Assembly (NCBI RefSeq): GCF_009914755.1
Contig: NC_060930.1
Origin: the human T2T-CHM13v2.0 reference genome, Homo sapiens
Strand: one strand, 5' to 3'
DNA: 64,000 nucleotides
Shown: piece after piece, positions 28,531 to 44,693 of the stretch
Position numbering within the stretch: position 1 is the stretch's first letter
Layout: the number at the start of each line of letters is the position of its first letter
The notes under the pieces: generated by a model
The model's database searches: none
What the model was told of the DNA's origin: nothing
Seen by the model: only the letters and a program-made list of their open reading frames with translations
Translations under genes and position numbers: made by a program

Positions 28531-28909
28531 ATCCCTACTTCGGAGGTCCTGGGAAGGCTTTGGATGGTTCTGCTTTCATCACTGCTAGTTTAGGATCCAC
28601 GCTAAATCACGCTGGTTACTTACCATGAATCAGTTTTCTGGCTTTCGTGATATTGTTGCTGCTGTCATCTCAGTCTTCTTGTCCTTGTAGATTTCTGCAT
28701 TCTGAGAAACTCCTTTAGTTTTATTTTAGTGGAGTATTTTGATAGGGCGAAATGAAGGGAACTGAGGTGGCACTCATTTTTAAAAGGAAGTTCCCAATTC
28801 TGTTTTCACTTTTTTTCTGGCTAAGTGCTCATTGTTGGGGGAGGGGAGAACACTGACTAATTTAGCAGAATCAGCAGCATGTATCAGCATTCCCCTCTGA
28901 CCTCAAGTT

Positions 28910-29005
28910 TATTTGAATCAATGTTGATTGAGCGCTAAGTATGTGCTGGGCATTGTGCTTATCCTTGATGGTTGGTAGATATGGTCCCTGCTATAATGAA
29001 ACTAG
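28910..29005 (-). mobile_element. L2 3' end fragment
   Basis: ATTGAGCGCTAAGTATGTGCTGGGCATTGTGCT...ATGGTCCCTGC. Confidence 0.6.
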
Positions 29006-29372
29006 TGCTATATGCTTTAACCCAAAAAAGGAGGGTGGGGCACACAGATGACACAATCTTGACGGAGCATGTTCTTACAGTCTGTTGTATGTGACAGTTG
29101 TGAAAGCTGCTTCCTTAGACCCCACCCCCACTGTCTCACTCGGCAATTTCAGTCTCATCCCCAGATTGTTCTCCTTTATCTGTTTTTATGATTTCCACCC
29201 CTTTGCTATCCCGGTTGAAGTGGAAAGTTTTAAGCCATAGAATATGCTTGTTTCTGTGAAGGGTCTTTCTAAATTGTGTCCATGCCACTACATCATTCTT
29301 ACTTCAGACAGAATAATTGCTTTCTAATTTGGCAGAGTTAGGGGAAATATAAACATGCCCTTATTAGCATTG

Positions 29373-29978
29373 TGTGGAAGAAGAATTCTGACATGGCCCC
29401 CATGATTCACTCCCAGACCAGTGTTGCATACACACCCTGAGTAATCCCTGGAACTATGTCTGTGATGAATTTACTCCCTTGACTAGTTATGTTCTATGGT
29501 ATAATTGACCTTAAGATCTGGAGAATATCCAGGTGAGTCTGACTTAATCACACCAGCCCTTTAAAAGCAGAGAGTTTTGTCTTGCTGCTTGAGGAAAGAG
29601 AAGCTGGAGATTCTTAGCATGAGGAAGATTCAAATGCACCTTTGTGAGCTGAAGATGGAGGGGGCTGTGTGGCAAGGAATGCCGGCAGCCCCAAGGAGCT
29701 GACAGCCAGCAAGGAAGTGGGGATGTCAGTCCTACAACTGCAAGGAACTGGATTCTATTAATGACAAGAATGAGCTTTTAAGGGGCTTTTTCCTCTAGAG
29801 GCTTTAGATGAGAACTCAGTCCAACACCTAGATTTCAGCCTTGTGACACACTGAGCAGAGAACCCAGTCATGATGGGCTGGGCTTCTGACTTACGAAACT
29901 GTGAGCTAGTAGATGCCTGTTGCCTAAGCCACTAAGTTTGTGGTAATTTGTTATGCACCAATAAAAAACTAATATACA
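29373..29978 (+). mobile_element. MaLR solo LTR (MLT1E-type)
   Basis: TG start; CCCTTTAAAAGCAGAGAG, ACAGCCAGCAAGGAA, CCTACAACTGCAAGGAACTG; ends AAGCCACTAAGTTTGTGGTAATTTGTTATGCA...AACTAATA. Confidence 0.85.
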
Positions 29979-30164
29979 TATTAGTGTGCAAATGCATTTG
30001 AAAAAGAGTCTACAAGTACATTCGAAGAAGACTGTAGAAGGCTTGCCTGTGAAAAACCAAGCTAATGCTGCTTAGCCAGCTGGGCAAAGAAAGTCTAGCT
30101 ACCTTACACATAATAGGAATGTAAAATGTCATCGATACATAGGAAGTATCAAACCATGGAAAGG

Positions 30165-30280
30165 GCATAGATTTAGAGAGAAGAAATATGAGCAAGTCTT
30201 GGCTCTCTTACTTCCTAGCCAGGGGAGGCCATTCCTCTGAATCTCACCTATAAAATGAAGGGGTTGACCAGATGCATCTC
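30165..30280 (+). mobile_element. MIR fragment
   Basis: CCTCTGAATCTCACCTATAAAATGAAGGGGTTGACCAGATG. Confidence 0.5.
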
Positions 30281-30527
30281 ATCACAATGTAACCCCTGGT
30301 TTTATTTAGCAAGCGATGTACTCATTTCCATAACTTTCTGTGGTTTAGCCTAGCCCTGACCCACTGGGTATAGGATAAGGGTTGTTGTCTGATGGATGTC
30401 ATTTTTGGGTAGTTTTTTTAAAAGCAGCTTAAAATTTTATGGGTTTTTAAGGATCAGTCCAAAATATTCCTGTCTCAGTACAATAATCTGATATTTGCAT
30501 CAAAAAGCTACCGCAAAATATATTACT

Positions 30528-30622
30528 TGGGGCTGAGGCAGGTGGATCACTTGAGGTCAGGAGTTTGTGACCCCAGCCTGGCCAACATGGTGAAACCCCG
30601 TCTCCGTTAAAATTACTAAAAT
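30528..30622 (+). mobile_element. Partial Alu left monomer
   Basis: GGCTGAGGCAGGTGGATCACTTGAGG...CCCCGTCTC directly upstream of a full Alu. Confidence 0.85.
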
Positions 30623-30936
<314 letters not shown>

Positions 30937-31670
30937 CATGCACCTAGAAATTGATCTTTAAAAATCTGTTTTTGAAACTCAGGGTGATTCTGACTAGAAG
31001 CATTTCTCTGCCTGGAACACCTGCTCATCAGAACTCATTCTTAGTGTGCTTCCACAGTGTTTTGGGGGTGGGCACATAGCCCATTCTTGTGCATCACTGT
31101 GCGTTGAGTCTGGTCTGTTGAACTTAGAATTATGTTTAAAAATCTGTCTGTGTGTCTAAGTACTGGTGTTTTACAAGAAGTGGTTGCATGGAGCATCTGT
31201 GTTGCTAGTCTTTTTCCTAGGAAATGATTCTTCTCTGAGCTTAAGGATCTTGTTCACACTGCAAAATAAAAATCTGTAGAAAATTAAGGACACTCAAGTT
31301 ATAATATTTCAGGGATATAATGATATTTCAATGGGAAAATGCTAATTATGGGGAGCTTGCTTTCCCCCAACACCTGGAGCTTCTTAACCTGCTACCAACT
31401 AGCTGCTGATTTTCATAAATAGGACTGTACGAGGGGAAAAAATCCCTCATCAACTCAGCCACCAGGAAGATGCTGGAAAGTGTCTGTCAGTTGTTTAAAA
31501 GGGAGAAAAGGAATACCTCAGCCGCCTCCCAGGATGCGTGAAGCCTCCAGGAATATCAGCCAACCTGGGCTTTCCGCATGGAAAACAAAGCTGCCTGAAT
31601 GGGTATGTTTTAAGACTATAACTTCTGAGTTGCTCTCCTGGATATTTTCAAACACATCTTAAAAAGGCAG

Positions 31671-31838
31671 GTGGACTTAGTGGCTCACACCTGTAATTTC
31701 AACACTTTGGGAGGCTGAGGTGGGAGGATCGCTTGAAGCTAGGAGTTCGAGGTGCGGTGAACTATGATTGTGCCTCAGCACTCCAGCCTGGGCGACAGAG
31801 TGAGATCCTGATTCTAAAAAAAACAAAAACCAAAAAAA
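31671..31838 (+). mobile_element. Monomeric Alu (FRAM-like or left/right-arm recombinant)
   Basis: Left-arm start joined to right-arm end, ~135 nt plus tail; AAAAAGGC on both sides. Confidence 0.8.
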
Positions 31839-32687
31839 GGCCAGAGGCGGAAATGCCTCACTGTTGTGGTTCATGATTCCATCACAGACATTAATGAAAC
31901 CTTCTATCCACCCAAGGGGCACACCACTGTTTCCCCCTCCATCACTTTTAATTTTGCCCCAACGTTGCCAGCCCTCACTTGACATCTGGCTTGTGAGGAT
32001 GACTTCTGTGGAGCTAGCTATTGTTTCTTCCGTCATTTTTAAACAATACTAGAGGACAGTGGGGAGGGGAGAGGGAATCACAGCTCCCACACAAGCAGAT
32101 GCCTATTTGAGAGTGTGCAAAAGCAGTGTGACATTCTGGAAATAGTAGTCTCTTTTCACTTCCTTGCCCATTCTTCTCCATCCATACAAATGACGTATTT
32201 TCTGACATTGGTTCAGGGTTTGAAACCTCAGGCTTTCAGAGTCTGCCCACATTTTTGAGAATTCTGTCTTAATGAATGTATGCCGTGAAAAGCATTAACC
32301 ATTACTTTCATTCTGTTCTAGTGAAACCGCCCAATGCTCTGCGCTTGTACAAAATCCTTTGGACTTTTAATTGGGCGATAACTTTGCAAGTGGTTAAGCA
32401 CTATACAAATTAAACTTCAGTCATTCAGCAATGTTATTGAACACTTATATCTTCCCTTAATTTCCTTACTCTTCATATCTATGTTTTATGAAATTGAGGG
32501 CAGCACAGGTTAGCAAAAGTGGTTTGATCTTAGAATGCTTTGGTATTTAATTCTGTGCAGAGTTTCTGGTAATTCACTCTCACCAGCTTAGCCATGTAAT
32601 GCCACAACTCCATAGATGGTGGTTGGGCACCATGGGTTTAGGCACCACCTCCTCTCATTTCTGTTTGATGTTTTCAAGTGAAGTTAA

Positions 32688-33062
<375 letters not shown>

Positions 33063-33421
33063 TGATTTTGACTCTGTTGAAGTCAAAGACAAATGATCCA
33101 GCAGAGACAGTATAAGGTCTTATCCTGATTCTCAAATTGTGTGGAAGACAAATATGACTTAAAAATGACATTAAGACAAAAGAGTAAGTAGAGGCTGAGA
33201 AATGGGATTGGATGAGGCATGTACTCCATGTGGAATGCCTATTCAGTTAATTGAAGGGTGAAAATCTTGCTTTGTAAAACAAAGTGCTATAAAAATGGAT
33301 ACCTGGAGACCATATCCTACTTCTCCCTGCAATTTTCGAATATTAATCTGAAAGGGAGAAATAAATGACCCAAAAGGGTCTTGGGGTAGAGAACCATGCT
33401 CTAGACGTTTCTTGTTGGTCA

Positions 33422-33781
<360 letters not shown>

Positions 33782-34161
33782 TTAAGTTCCTAAGCTGCTG
33801 CTTGAGGTCTGAAGCCTCAAATGATGCAGCTAATGAGTAGGTCAACATATTCCTTTTCTTCCCCTTATAAATGGAGTAATACATTTAAAATGTAGAGGCT
33901 GGTTGCCAGCAGTGGCTTAGGTCTGTGAGGTCCAGGGTGATGAAGTGCACATGTGTTGATTAAGTTTCAATCCTCTGCCTCTAGAAAGGCCTCGTCCTTC
34001 AGCCTGGTGTCATGGATGGCGTGTCCATGGCCTCTTCTGCCTGGATGGAGGTCCCATGATCTCCATGCTGCCAGCTCCTATCCCATGGCCATGCTTGGGG
34101 GCTCCCTTTGACATCTTCAGAGGACCCTGAGAACTTTTCCTGACGCCTCCGTCTCCCAGTC

Positions 34162-34901
34162 TGTCTTAGTCTGTTCCTGCTGCTGCAACAGGAAACCTCA
34201 GACTGGGTAATTTATAAACAACAGACATTTATTTCTCATCATTTTAGAGGCAGGGAAGTCCAAGATCAAGGCATCAGCAAATTCACTTGTCTGTTGAGGA
34301 CTCAGCCTCCGCTTCTAAAATGGTGCCTTGTTGCTGTGTCCTTGCATGTCGAAGGCAGGAGGGCAAAAGGGGATGATTGTGTTGGCTGTGTCCTCACATG
34401 GTGGAAGAGATGGAAGAGGGAGGCAGCTCTCCTTTTTTTTTTTTTTTTTTTTTTTTTTGAGACACAGTTTCGCTCTTGTTGCCCAGGCTGGAGTGCAATG
34501 GCGTAATCTTGGCTCACCACAACCTCCACCTCCTGGGTTGAAGTGATTCTCCTGCCTCAGCCTCCCAAGTAGCTGGGATTACAGGCACCCGCCACCATAC
34601 CCAGCTAATTTTGTATTTTTTTAGTAGAGATGGGGTTTCTCCATATTGGTGAGGTTGGTCTCGAACTCCTGACCTCAGGTAATCTGCCCACCTCAGCCTC
34701 CCAAAGTGCTGGGATTACAGTCGTGAGCCACTGTGCCTGGCCTGAAGCCTCTTTTATAAAGCCATTAATCCCATTAATGATGGTGGCGCCCCCATGGCCT
34801 ATTACCTAACAAGGGTCTTGCTTCTTAATACATTACATCACCTTGGAGGTTAATTTCCAGCGCGTGAATTTTGGAGGAAGACATACGTCCAAACCATAGC
34901 A
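34162..34901 (-). mobile_element. MaLR solo LTR (MLT1A/MSTD-type) interrupted by an Alu
   Basis: TGTCTTAGTCTG...GACTGGGTAATTTATAAAC...GGGAAGTCCAAGATCAAGG...CAAACCATAGCA. Confidence 0.9.
34433..34742 (-). mobile_element. Alu (AluSp/Sq-type) inside the MaLR LTR
   Basis: T-tail then GAGACACAGTTTCGCTCTTGTTGCCC. Confidence 0.95.
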
Positions 34902-34978
34902 GTATCTCATTATGCTTTGAGTCTCTCTTTGCTTCTGGCCAAGGCGTTTCAGTTTCTTCTTTCTTGCTTCAGAGATGA

Positions 34979-35370
<392 letters not shown>

Positions 35371-35554
35371 TAAATAGCTCAGGTCTTATTTTGCCCCTTC
35401 CTCTCCTCCTCCCTACTTTCCTTCTCTTACTGCCTATGATCAGGTAGCAGGAAAGGTGGGTGCTTTCATGTGGATTGTCAGGTTGATGGACTCTTGGGAG
35501 TCAAGTCAAGGCCTTGTCTAACTCATCTTCCCTCATCTTAATTTCCTTGTTTTC

Positions 35555-35882
<328 letters not shown>

Positions 35883-35944
35883 TTAAGAACACAAATCGTA
35901 AAATGTGGAAGGTCTGTGGGACAGTAGGGGTAAATTTCCACTAG

Positions 35945-36133
35945 AGTAGAAGTCAGAAGCCTGGCCTCAAGTGCCCTCTCTGCTATTTTCTAGTTGGAAA
36001 ACCTTTGACAAGTGAGTTAACCTTTTTTGAGCTTCAATTTCCTCATTTTAAAAATAGACATCGTATTGATCTTATCTATAGGGCCACTAAAAAAATCAAC
36101 TGGGATAAGGTATACCTACAAACTTTGCAAATT
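35945..36133 (+). mobile_element. MIR
   Basis: ACCTTTGACAAGTGAGTTAACCTTTTTTGAGCTTCAATTTCCTCATTTTAAAAAT. Confidence 0.7.
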
Positions 36134-36466
36134 GGCTGGGCATGGTAGCTCAAGCCTGTAATCCCAACAATTTGGGAAGCCAAGGCGGGTGGATTGCCTG
36201 ACCTCAGGAGTTTGAGACCAGCCTGGACAACATGGCAAAACTCCGTCTCTACACAAAATACAAAAATTAGCTGGGCCTGGTGGTGCACGCTTGTAGTCCT
36301 AGCTACTTGAGGGGGTGAAGGCGGGGGGATCGCTTGAGCGCAGGAGGTTGAGGCTGCAGGGAGCTGTGATTGCACCACTGCACTCCAGCCTGGGTGTTAG
36401 CAAGACCCTGTCTCAAACAAACAAACAAACAAACAAAAAATTTATAGATAAATGAAAACAAGAAAA
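36134..36466 (+). mobile_element. Alu (AluJb-type)
   Basis: TSD-like CTTTGCAAATT / CTTTGCAAGTT. Confidence 0.9.
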
Positions 36467-36551
36467 AGCTTTGCAAGTTCTAGAAAGAGCGAGTAACCTG
36501 TTTCAGGCAATATGCTAAGCACCGTAGGACAATAGTGAGAACAGTGCAGGA

Positions 36552-36876
36552 AGCTGGGCGCGGTGGCTCACGCCTGTAATCCCAGCACTTTGGGTGGCCA
36601 AGCCGGGGGATCACTTGAGGTCAGGAGTTCGAGACCAGCCTGGCCAACATGGTGAAACCCCATCTCTACTAAAAATACAAAAATTAGCCGGGCGTGGTGG
36701 TGCATGCCTGTAATCCTGCCTATAATTTTAGTTATTTGGGAGATTGAGGTGGGGGAATTGCTTGAAATCAGGAGTTGGAGGTTGCAGTGAGTAGAGGTAG
36801 CACCATTTCACTCCAGCATGGGCAATAAGAGAGAAACAACCTCTCAAAAAAAAAAAAAAGTTAAAAAAAAAAAAGA
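36552..36876 (+). mobile_element. Alu (AluS-type) with a hyperdiverged right arm
   Basis: TSD AACAGTGCAGGA on both sides; see finding. Confidence 0.95.
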
Positions 36877-36889
36877 AAACAGTGCAGGA

Positions 36890-37080
36890 TTAAAAGTGGG
36901 AAGACTGGTTTGAATCCCAAACATGGCATTTCCTAGCTGTGTGACTTTGGTAAATTACTTAATCACTTTGAAGTTTATTTTCATCATTTCTAAAATAGGG
37001 ACAATAACGTGAGGTAAAATGTAATGCTATTGCTAGATATCAAAAATTACCATGTGTCATACAAATGTTAGCTGTTTCAT
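36890..37080 (+). mobile_element. MIR
   Basis: GGTTTGAATCCCA...CTAGCTGTGTGACTTTGGTAAATTACTTAATC. Confidence 0.75.
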
Positions 37081-37767
37081 TGTTACTCTCCAAAATTATT
37101 TAGTGTAGTGATACAGAGACTAATTTTTGGATATATTTAAAAGTACCATACTGTTAGAATCCTGGGAAATGAAGGAGTATTTCTTGTGATCCACGTTGCA
37201 ACCTCTTTTGGAATCTAGACATGAATGTAAGGAGCCTGGCCAAGTTTCTTTATCTTCCACATAAAATAAAGTTCACTTGATTAATTAAGTGCATTGTTTT
37301 ATCTTTTTTTTTTTTTTCAGGATCTTGAGATACAAGAAAAGTTTTCTATCTCGTATTTGGCAAACCTAATTCACTAACTGTGGTGTAACTTTTAAAACCT
37401 TTGGTATTTTAATGTTTATATTTTTAAAAGGGAGGTAAAAAAATTTGTCTTACTAGGTGGGATGGCCGTAAGGTAAATTGAGATAAATTAAGGATAGATT
37501 TTGGAAACCTGAAAGCTAACATGTTTTACTGCCATCTTTTCAATATATTTTGAAACAAATATAAAGCTTTTGTCCAAAAGTGCTTTGTTTAGGACAGGCT
37601 TAAAATTACTAAAAAACTAAAATGAATTAGGTTCTTTCATTATTTAAAATTATTTCAATTTAAAGGTTTGTTTCATTAAAGTAGCCTTGACTTTCACAGT
37701 TCAAAATAATGTTAATATAAAATATAGTTTAAATAATCTTTCTAAATAACAGAAACAGAGACATTAA

Positions 37768-38080
<313 letters not shown>

Positions 38081-38411
38081 AAAACCACGCAATTTTAAGG
38101 AGTACTCAGACATGCCAGTGTATCACAAATCAAACAGATACCAAATAAGAATGCTAAGGATTTGATCAATGTAATTAATAAGTAGAATTAAGAGATACAT
38201 TGTATTTTGCATGCCACTGAGAATGGAACCTTTCAAATGCACAAGACATATTTCCAAGAGTTCATCATATCTTTGTTTCCATTATTTTTAAATGTCTGGA
38301 TAAATTGGTGACTCTTTACCATTAAGTTTAAAATAGTTGAGTTCTACTCTCCTACTCTTCTATTCTTAGAATAGATGTGTAGGGCTCCAGCTAAAACAAG
38401 AGGCTTTGAAC

Positions 38412-38725
<314 letters not shown>

Positions 38726-39301
38726 AACAAGAAGCTTTGAATACTTCTTCAAGTCTAATGAGACTGAACTTTTGCCACCAGTTACCACCCCTACCCCCAC
38801 CCCCAGCCTTTTCTAGTCTGCATAGAACTTTGGGGAAGGGTTGAGGAGGAGAAGGTCTCTTCAGCTTTATAGAGGACATGAGAGAGACAATTCCCAGAGA
38901 CACTTGCCATGAGGATTGGGGTGCCTGCAGGAAGACAGCATTAGCATTGGATTTTCTGGTTGAGTGACTGCTCGGGCTGAGTTGCCAACCTGCCCCTGTG
39001 CCTATCTGGGTTGGGAGGAGAGAATGGAGAAGAACAGCAGGAAGAAGGTTGCCAATGGAGCAGCCCACATATCTCCCTTTCAGTTTGTCAAGGATATGCA
39101 TGGTCTCCAAGGGTGAAATGGACACTGGGAATGGTGGTTGGTCCTGAGCCATCTTGCTAGAACTTTCCCTAAGTGGCTGGCTTTTGATAATGGGAGCCAA
39201 GGCGTGGGTGGAGAAGGTTGAGCCAGACCTATATCAGGGAAGCTGTGCAGTGAGGAGCTCCCATAAGACCCTCAGAGGAACTCACATCCCAGCCGGCATT
39301 A

Positions 39302-39873
<572 letters not shown>

Positions 39874-39893
39874 TTAGGAGATCGGTGTCATTA

Positions 39894-40228
<335 letters not shown>

Positions 40229-40233
40229 TTTGG

Positions 40234-40596
<363 letters not shown>

Positions 40597-41715
40597 TCAA
40601 ATGAACCCAGTTTCAGATTCTCCTTTTCACATCATTATGATATCAAATATTCATCCTCTATCCAAATTCATCCCAGAAGAGTTGGTATTAAGTACTTAGC
40701 TTCTAGGAGCATTGTTATTAGGCCTGGAGCCCTTGACATTATGTATGGTGTGAAGTATATGTAAAGATGAAAAGATGACTCAAGGCAGTAGGTGTTTGCT
40801 TAAGTGAATTACTTGTGATAATTGCATGGCCTCTGTACACAAATGGAAATATCTTCATTTTAAGAATTGGGTTTGCATTGTCAACGGTGTGTGGGACAGC
40901 TCCTGAGACACCTAAAAGATATATAATAGACAAAGTAACACTGAGAGATGCTCAAAACTACTGAGTTGAAGGAGCCATACTCTAAATAGAAGACTGTAAG
41001 CATTATGATACCATGTCAACACAGCTTAATAAAAAGCTACTTTACAAAGGGAGAAATATCGTTCCTAATGTTTTCCATAGAGTCAGTGAATGAATTGAGA
41101 AGTGGATCCAGGATTTCATGTATCAGCACCATAGGTTTTATCATTTATATAATCCTTTTTTCTGTCACTGTCAAGATTTTAAAGGGGGGATTATGGTTTG
41201 ACTTAAAGAGAGTAGGCAATTCAGGCATACCACACAAAGCTGTTAAATCTCAGAGGCTTGAGATTTCTTGGCTCCTTTTAAGTTTTGGAAGCAGAGCACT
41301 CCTAGGGAATGCTATTCGGAATTGGCTTCATGGAGAAAATGTAGCTTTTGGGCAGTTAGCTTTTGAAGCTGAGAGAGGATAATAGGTTGGTGAACAAGAA
41401 GGCAAAAGTTGCTTCAGGTTTGAAAAATAAAGGAGTGAGGAGGTGATAGTCTTGTGAAGACTCTCACTGTAATAGTTCTTTGCAGGACCAAGTGGTTCTC
41501 CAGATCGAGCTCAATTTTCCCCTGAGTGCATTTTCTGAGTTGTGATAAAGCCCAGGTACCCTCTTACGGAGCGACTTATCTCTTTGTGCCCAATTGCTAG
41601 GGCTGTGCTATCATCTTGGCCAACTGCCCATTTCCTTTGGGTCTGAGAGAACATTTCAATTTAAATCTGATTGTATAGATTTAGGACTTGGGGGAAAAAA
41701 AGGTATCTGGAGTGA

Positions 41716-42018
<303 letters not shown>

Positions 42019-42984
42019 AACTTTTTTCTTTCTCTGCCTCCTACTATGAGAGTTCCCATCTTTGATGGATGACTCAGAATTCAAATTACACCTAGAAGCA
42101 AACACATCAGGCTTGAGGGTAGAGAGGGAGAGAAAAGAACAACTGTCCCATCTGTGTTTCATCCTGAGTGGGAGGTTCAAATCTAGGTATTGGCAGAATG
42201 AGATAAAGGAAGGAGAGATTGAGAAAGAGTGGAAGTGGGATGGAAAGTTATTAAGGGAAGTCATTCCAGGACAGTTTTCACCCACTCAGTAGATTACAGG
42301 ACGCCATGGAAGAACTGAACTACCTCGGTAGGCTGCACCTCAGGCTCTGTGCAGACTAATGTTTTTATTGCTTAACAGGTATTGAGTCACCTTGTTAAAT
42401 GCCATCCCTAATATAGAGATGGGCTTATTCCTTGCCCCAAAGCTATTGGGAGCCTAGTTAGGAAGACACGTAACACACACAGGTCCCAACACCACACAAG
42501 AATGGTGCTCCTGTCATTCTATTAAGTGGCTTACCAGGTGGAATGAAGTTATCTTGCTGGGAGTCCTCTGCCAGCGAGTTCAGTCTGATGAGAAATTTGA
42601 AATTTGATGCAACCACATTGCATCAATAGTAAGGGTTTTGGGAAGGCTTCGCTTTGCTATATGTTGAGAGAGACTTGATTCTTGGCACCGAGGAGGAGAG
42701 CTAATGGCCCTCACCCTGCACGTGCTTGAGTGTGAAGTGGTTAAAACAAAATTTTCTTTTACTTTTTAATTTTAGGTGATATTTTGATAGGGTCATAAGA
42801 ATAGTGCTTCCTACCTAGGCCCATTGCTAATACCACTGTATTAAGTCTTCTTAGAAGCCCATGAATTCTCTGGCTAAAAAGTCCTGGGGGCTCCCTGTGC
42901 TAGACGTAGGGGGACATATAAATGGTTTTGAATTTCAGTTTCTATGTCAGTGAGAATTCTGTGCCAGAAAAGAGCATCTGCTCT

Positions 42985-43118
42985 TTATTTTACAGATGAG
43001 GAAATTTAGTCCCAGAGAGAGCGTGATTTGCCTCTTCCCTTGAGATTAGCCAGCAGAGTCAATAAGAAAAATCTAGGTCTTCTGATTCAGTCCAGTGCCT
43101 TTCTCTGTATGTCGCACT
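42985..43118 (-). mobile_element. MIR
   Basis: TTTTACAGATGAGGAAA...AGGTCTTCTGATTC. Confidence 0.7.
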
Positions 43119-43512
43119 GTTTCCCTCATTATCTTGAGATTTGCTGGAGCCACAGGACTGCACAATGGTTGTGCATATGTGGATTTGAGTGCCACAGCTG
43201 AATTAACTCATGTCAATCTCAGTCCCAAGCCTGTTCCCACAACACGTGGTAAATCGTCACTCCTTGTGGTCTCAGAATTGGGTGCCTGGAGGATATCATA
43301 ATCACCAGGGATAGTTTTTTCTGTTGCTGCCTGGTGCACACATCTCCTCTGCCTTGACTTGTCTGAAGTCTTTCCCTCTTTGAGGCAGGGACTGAAGGGG
43401 TGGAGCCCAGCTGTGCAAGTGCAAAGGCATGCAGCCCTAAGCTGAGCCTAATTTGAGCCCATTGAGTAGTACTAATTTTGACTCATTATATTTTTGAAAA
43501 TTCAGGGCATAG

Positions 43513-43820
43513 GTTTTTTGTTTGTTTGTTTGTTTTTTGAGACAGAGTCTCACTCTGCTGCTCAGGCTGAAGTGCAGTGGCGTGATCTCTGCTCACTGCA
43601 ACTTCCGCCTCCGAGATTTGAGTGATTCTCTTCCCTCAGCCCCCCGAGTAGCTGGGATTACAGGCACGTGCCACCACACCTAGCTAATTTTTATATTTTA
43701 GTAGAGTTGGGGTTTCACCATGTTGACCAGGCTGGTCTTGAACTCCTGACCTCAGGTGATGTACCTGCCTCAGCCTCCCAAAGTGCTCGGATTACAAGCG
43801 TGAGCCACCGTGCCCAGCCC
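43513..43820 (-). mobile_element. Alu (AluSx-type)
   Basis: TSD CAGGGCATAG. Confidence 0.95.
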
Positions 43821-44354
43821 AGGGCATAGTTTTAAGGCAAACGTAGTTGTGGTTTTAAGAACGCCGGTTTGAGGTGCACTGAGACTGAGCAGGGAGGGGT
43901 ATTTGTTACTGTGGACCTGGTGATGAGGACTCCCTTATGTCTTCTCTGAGCTAGAACTTCTCTTTTGAATTGGCTTCATGCTTCAAACTCATGACCTCTC
44001 TTACCTTATTGGTTGGCAGGTTTTGTGCAATGGATTTTATCAGTAAGGAACTGAATTTAAATCTTGCAATTAGATAATGTGATTACTTAAGGGGACTTTC
44101 ACTATTTTAGGCCGGGACTCCAATCAAATAAATCCCAGGCCCTGCCCAATCTATGTGCTCAAAATTTTCGAGTTTTCAGTTGTGATGGGTCACCCTCTGT
44201 ATATTCTTACTGTAGTACACAATGCAAAATGTATCAAGATAATTAACTGATTTAGGTGTTCACAGTGCTATTATGGAACATTACTTCTTTTAGTGTGACA
44301 CGCATTAGGCTCTATCACTTGTGTCATGCTAGCCTGATTAGCACCTCTTCCTAG

Positions 44355-44693
<339 letters not shown>

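Noticed and set aside
41005-41382. 125-aa ORF with a hydrophobic stretch in unique sequence
   Set aside because: No recognisable family; hydrophobicity follows from T-rich DNA; length is within chance for 64 kb.
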